NCBI GenBank assembly: GCA_963793265.1
Contig: CAWBZI010000001.1
Span: 1,088,001 to 1,152,000 of the forward strand
DNA: 64,000 nucleotides
From: an uncultured cyanobacterium
GTDB lineage: Bacteria; Cyanobacteriota; Cyanobacteriia; Phormidesmidales; Phormidesmidaceae
Reading direction: 5' to 3'
Of this stretch, positions 61,053 to 64,000 are shown piece by piece. The position numbers and the translations under genes are program-made. A model generated the notes under the pieces. It did no database searches, was not told where the DNA came from, and worked only from the letters and a program-made list of their open reading frames with translations. The first letter of the stretch is position 1. Every line of letters begins with the position of its first letter.

Positions 61053-63722
61053 ATGCGATTACTCAACAGACAGCCTCAAACAATCGAAGAAAAATATTTT
61101 AGCTCTATTCGTCCTCAGCTTTTTGCACAGCACAGCCAACACGCTCAGACAGGCATCAGGCAGGGTAAAACTCTAGCCGAGCACCTTGATTCAGTCTGTC
61201 AATTTGTTTTGACAATAAGCAAGTTAGCGGCGATGTCAGAGAAAGAAAGGGGTATCATTCTAGCTGCGGCGGCTGTGCACGATCTAAACAAGCTTGATAA
61301 ATCTGGGAAAAACAGAAATGTAAAGACGTTAGCCAGAGATAAAGATTTCCTTCGACAAGAATTAGATTCAATAGGAGTTGGTGAGTTTGTTTCTGAGGGA
61401 GATGAGAGTGAACTAGCGAGACAGCTAATTGAGAGACACTCTGGGCACAACATATCCGACGGAACGATCTTTCTTCCACAAGATGAACAAATAAGCCGTT
61501 GGGCCTCTATTCTTAGAGCTGCCGATCTGTTTGACTTAGAAATTTCAGATGAAGCGCTGACCCGAAAGCTGCGTACGGAGCTGACTCATGCGCTGAATCG
61601 TAATAGTAATCTATACAGAGTTCGGGTATCTGAACAGAGAGGTCATATTACAGCGCTTCTGTTAGCAGCTTGCGAGGAAGTGCTAATTGAGCATTCGCTT
61701 ACTCCTATTGCATTATTTCCAGATGGAGAATTATTTGAGGGTGAAAGGTTTCCTTCAAACGTAACGACGAAGATTGCGGAAAGGTGGCAGCGTAAGATAG
61801 GCAGTACTTTTGCGAACAATATTGAGAAGCTAGTAACGACAGGAAACAACGGTATTAGAATCGCAAGTGAAGCAGTTCAGTACGAACCAGAGGAAGTGAT
61901 TAAAACTGTGGTGGCGCGGCTTGAGCAGAAGAAATCTAGCTTCGATAGGGAGAAAGTTAAAAGTGAGGTTATCAAGCATATCCAGAATAAAGCAAACCCT
62001 GCACACATAGAAAAGGCTGCTCAAGTTGGATTGCAGCCGATCAACGACGAGACAGGTTTCTATCTGTCAGAGGGTCTAAAAGCCGCTTTCATTAGCTATG
62101 GATCGTTAAAGGCGTTCAGTAGCGCAGCTAAAAGATGGACGAGAATCTTTAGCCATGTAGGTATCTCAGAAGAGCAAGGTCAAGTCCTGATGATGGACAA
62201 AGCTAATTTTGAGGCTCAGTATGCAGTACCCATGATGGCAGCGACCGGAATGAAAAACGGGATAGAGGGAATCAAGTCAGCTTTGATGGAATCGATCTGC
62301 CTAAGGGCAAAAGATTCGAGTATTGTACCTTTAGATATTTTGACGGCTCTTGTGGAACAATCCCTTTTACTGCCTCAGAAAGAGCAGACAGTAAGCTTTC
62401 GCGAGTTGGACGATTACATCAATGCCAAACCTACTCAGAGGTGTTCATTCGGGGGTGCTAATCAAGTAACCGAAAAAATAAAGGCAGCTAACCTGCCCGT
62501 GGGAATGAAAGTTCAGGTATTTTCTAACCGGCTGGCTGGGGGGTCTTCAGCACCACCGGAACGGAAGGCTAATTCAATAGCCTACCTTGCGTACAAAGTT
62601 ATGAATGTCGGTTCTCAACTGCCTAAGAAATCGAAAGCGCCCCCTTACTACCTATCGTTTGTGATGCCAGAAGGTTCATGCCCAGAATACCGTAGAATTT
62701 GGCGCGAATGTATACGAAACTTAGCCGCGACAAATACAGAGGAAGGCCCTGTTTCTGTGGATATGGAAAAACTATACGCAGACAACATATTGGAGTTCAA
62801 AAGTGATAAGGGAACTGGATTCGCATTCCCGAAGCGATCGGATTTTGTGGGTGCTGTTGTCGTTATTCCTATTATGTTTGGAGATCTTAGCAGTTCTAAA
62901 AGCCTGTTAAAAGCAGCAAGACTTGCCATGGAATTGTCTCTTTCTTTAGAGATAGGTTTTCCGTTTGTACTGGGTCAAAGTTTACAAATAGAAACCGTTG
63001 ATGAAAATTACGGTCGAATAGAAGGCATTCCTAGTACGTTGTCTAACTTGCTCGGAAGTGGTCAATACAGCCAAAAAGAAACAGTTGAAGTGCTTGACCG
63101 TTTGAGATCGCTAGGGAAAATTGCACAGAGTATTACAGGAAAAAAACACGTAGAAGACTGCATATACGAGCTGGCAAGGGCATGTTCTGAGCCGTTTAGC
63201 ATATACCAGGTAGTTCTTCGTTGGGTGCTTAGGCAGCAAAACCCTAACCTAGCGGAAACATGGAAACACATCAGCACACCACTTCAAAGTTTAATGGATA
63301 GCCTTATGCCCGAAGACAACAAACAACTCACTGAGTACTTGAAGAAAGCCGCAAGCCTCGCTGCTAATAAGAACCTCAAGGGAAGGTCACTGAATCGAAC
63401 CTCTAAAACAAAACCTTTCTCAGATTTTCTCAAAGCGGTTCGTTCACAAAAATCTCACATGGACTTAGATTTTCTGTTTGCTTCACTATCACAAACCTTT
63501 TTCAATCACTTAGATACGATATGGAACGGGCATGTGGGAGAAACACAGAAAAAGAATATATCAGAATACTACGGAGTTCTCCGCCAGCTTTATGAGGAAG
63601 TTTATGATAGCCGACCAGAGAGAATCATGAGCGATCGCAAGCAGCTAGAAGCCGCCTATCTATTTTTCTGGGAGGATGCGTTCCAAAAGCGCACAAAGAA
63701 GCCAGAGAACGACGACGATTAG
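61053..63722 (+). CDS. cas10d: Type I-D large subunit Cas10d/Csc3 with N-terminal HD domain
   Basis: LAEHLDS..AVHDLNKLD, IERHSGH, RAAD, VQVFSNRLAGG; followed by csc2. Confidence 0.9.
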   Translation: MRLLNRQPQTIEEKYFSSIRPQLFAQHSQHAQTGIRQGKTLAEHLDSVCQFVLTISKLAAMSEKERGIILAAAAVHDLNKLDKSGKNRNVKTLARDKDFLRQELDSIGVGEFVSEGDESELARQLIERHSGHNISDGTIFLPQDEQISRWASILRAADLFDLEISDEALTRKLRTELTHALNRNSNLYRVRVSEQRGHITALLLAACEEVLIEHSLTPIALFPDGELFEGERFPSNVTTKIAERWQRKIGSTFANNIEKLVTTGNNGIRIASEAVQYEPEEVIKTVVARLEQKKSSFDREKVKSEVIKHIQNKANPAHIEKAAQVGLQPINDETGFYLSEGLKAAFISYGSLKAFSSAAKRWTRIFSHVGISEEQGQVLMMDKANFEAQYAVPMMAATGMKNGIEGIKSALMESICLRAKDSSIVPLDILTALVEQSLLLPQKEQTVSFRELDDYINAKPTQRCSFGGANQVTEKIKAANLPVGMKVQVFSNRLAGGSSAPPERKANSIAYLAYKVMNVGSQLPKKSKAPPYYLSFVMPEGSCPEYRRIWRECIRNLAATNTEEGPVSVDMEKLYADNILEFKSDKGTGFAFPKRSDFVGAVVVIPIMFGDLSSSKSLLKAARLAMELSLSLEIGFPFVLGQSLQIETVDENYGRIEGIPSTLSNLLGSGQYSQKETVEVLDRLRSLGKIAQSITGKKHVEDCIYELARACSEPFSIYQVVLRWVLRQQNPNLAETWKHISTPLQSLMDSLMPEDNKQLTEYLKKAASLAANKNLKGRSLNRTSKTKPFSDFLKAVRSQKSHMDLDFLFASLSQTFFNHLDTIWNGHVGETQKKNISEYYGVLRQLYEEVYDSRPERIMSDRKQLEAAYLFFWEDAFQKRTKKPENDDD
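63306..63722 (+). CDS. cas11d: Putative Cas11d small subunit from in-frame internal start
   Basis: In-frame ATG (MPEDNKQLTEYLKKAA.., 138 aa) preceded by GGATAG; internal translation of Cas11d is established for type I-D. Confidence 0.6.
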   Translation: MPEDNKQLTEYLKKAASLAANKNLKGRSLNRTSKTKPFSDFLKAVRSQKSHMDLDFLFASLSQTFFNHLDTIWNGHVGETQKKNISEYYGVLRQLYEEVYDSRPERIMSDRKQLEAAYLFFWEDAFQKRTKKPENDDD

Positions 63723-63766
63723 ATATATTCAGCTTTGTTAAATAGAACACAGAGGAAACGCAAACC

Positions 63767-64000
63767 ATGTCTATTGAAAAACTTGCTCCGTTTTTAGCCG
63801 AGCAGTACGAGAACTTTCCGAAAGGAAGATTCGTGAGTGCAGTTGTTTTAAGAACAACTTTATCTGAAACAGTTTTCCGCACAGAAGGAACCGGAGAGCC
63901 GGTATGTAAAGAATTCGTTCATGCAGGTGTCAAAACTCAAGACGTTATTGAGCGGCTGGTCATGACGAAACGCAAACAAGTTGCACCAGAGCGCCGAAAG
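63767..64000 (+). CDS. csc2: Type I-D Cas7/Csc2, 3' truncated by window edge
   Basis: Manual translation MSIEKLAPFLAEQYENFPKGRFVSAVVLRTTLSETVFRTEGTGEP..MTKRKQVAPERR. Confidence 0.9.
   Translation, partial: MSIEKLAPFLAEQYENFPKGRFVSAVVLRTTLSETVFRTEGTGEPVCKEFVHAGVKTQDVIERLVMTKRKQVAPERRK

Noticed and set aside
59697..64000. Type I-D CRISPR-associated transposon
   Set aside because: Cas10d HD motif is intact, the array is long, and no tns/tniQ genes or Tn7 ends are visible; cannot be fully excluded beyond the window edge

Overview
Chromosomal window from a cyanobacterium, inferred from abundant HIP1 GCGATCGC octamers, petE, psbX and ycf19/ycf51/ycf66 (probably a Leptolyngbyaceae/Phormidesmis-like lineage, by inference). 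Most of it is housekeeping genes (cobT, petE, tRNA-Cys, cysteine desulfurase, murG, purQ/purS, zur, acs, DEAD-box helicase, malic enzyme). The accessory blocks are: (1) a non-autonomous IS200/IS605 element with an intact-looking TnpB next to a stand-alone GH24 lysozyme; (2) a Wzx/Wzy/Wza/Wzc-type exopolysaccharide cluster with an exported glycoside hydrolase; (3) an AT-rich islet with a TIR/coiled-coil protein facing two unannotated 44-47 aa coiled-coil microproteins that match its coil register, preceded by a perfect 14-bp inverted repeat, which is the best candidate for an undescribed system; (4) a five-gene toxin-antitoxin-like cassette; (5) a type I-D CRISPR-Cas locus (27 repeats/26 spacers, nucleotidyltransferase, RHH-WYL regulator, orphan DUF433, cas10d with internal cas11d, start of csc2). 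Three genes carry single-base frameshifts or an in-frame stop that look like sequencing errors. Family calls come from motif recognition only; no database search was run.
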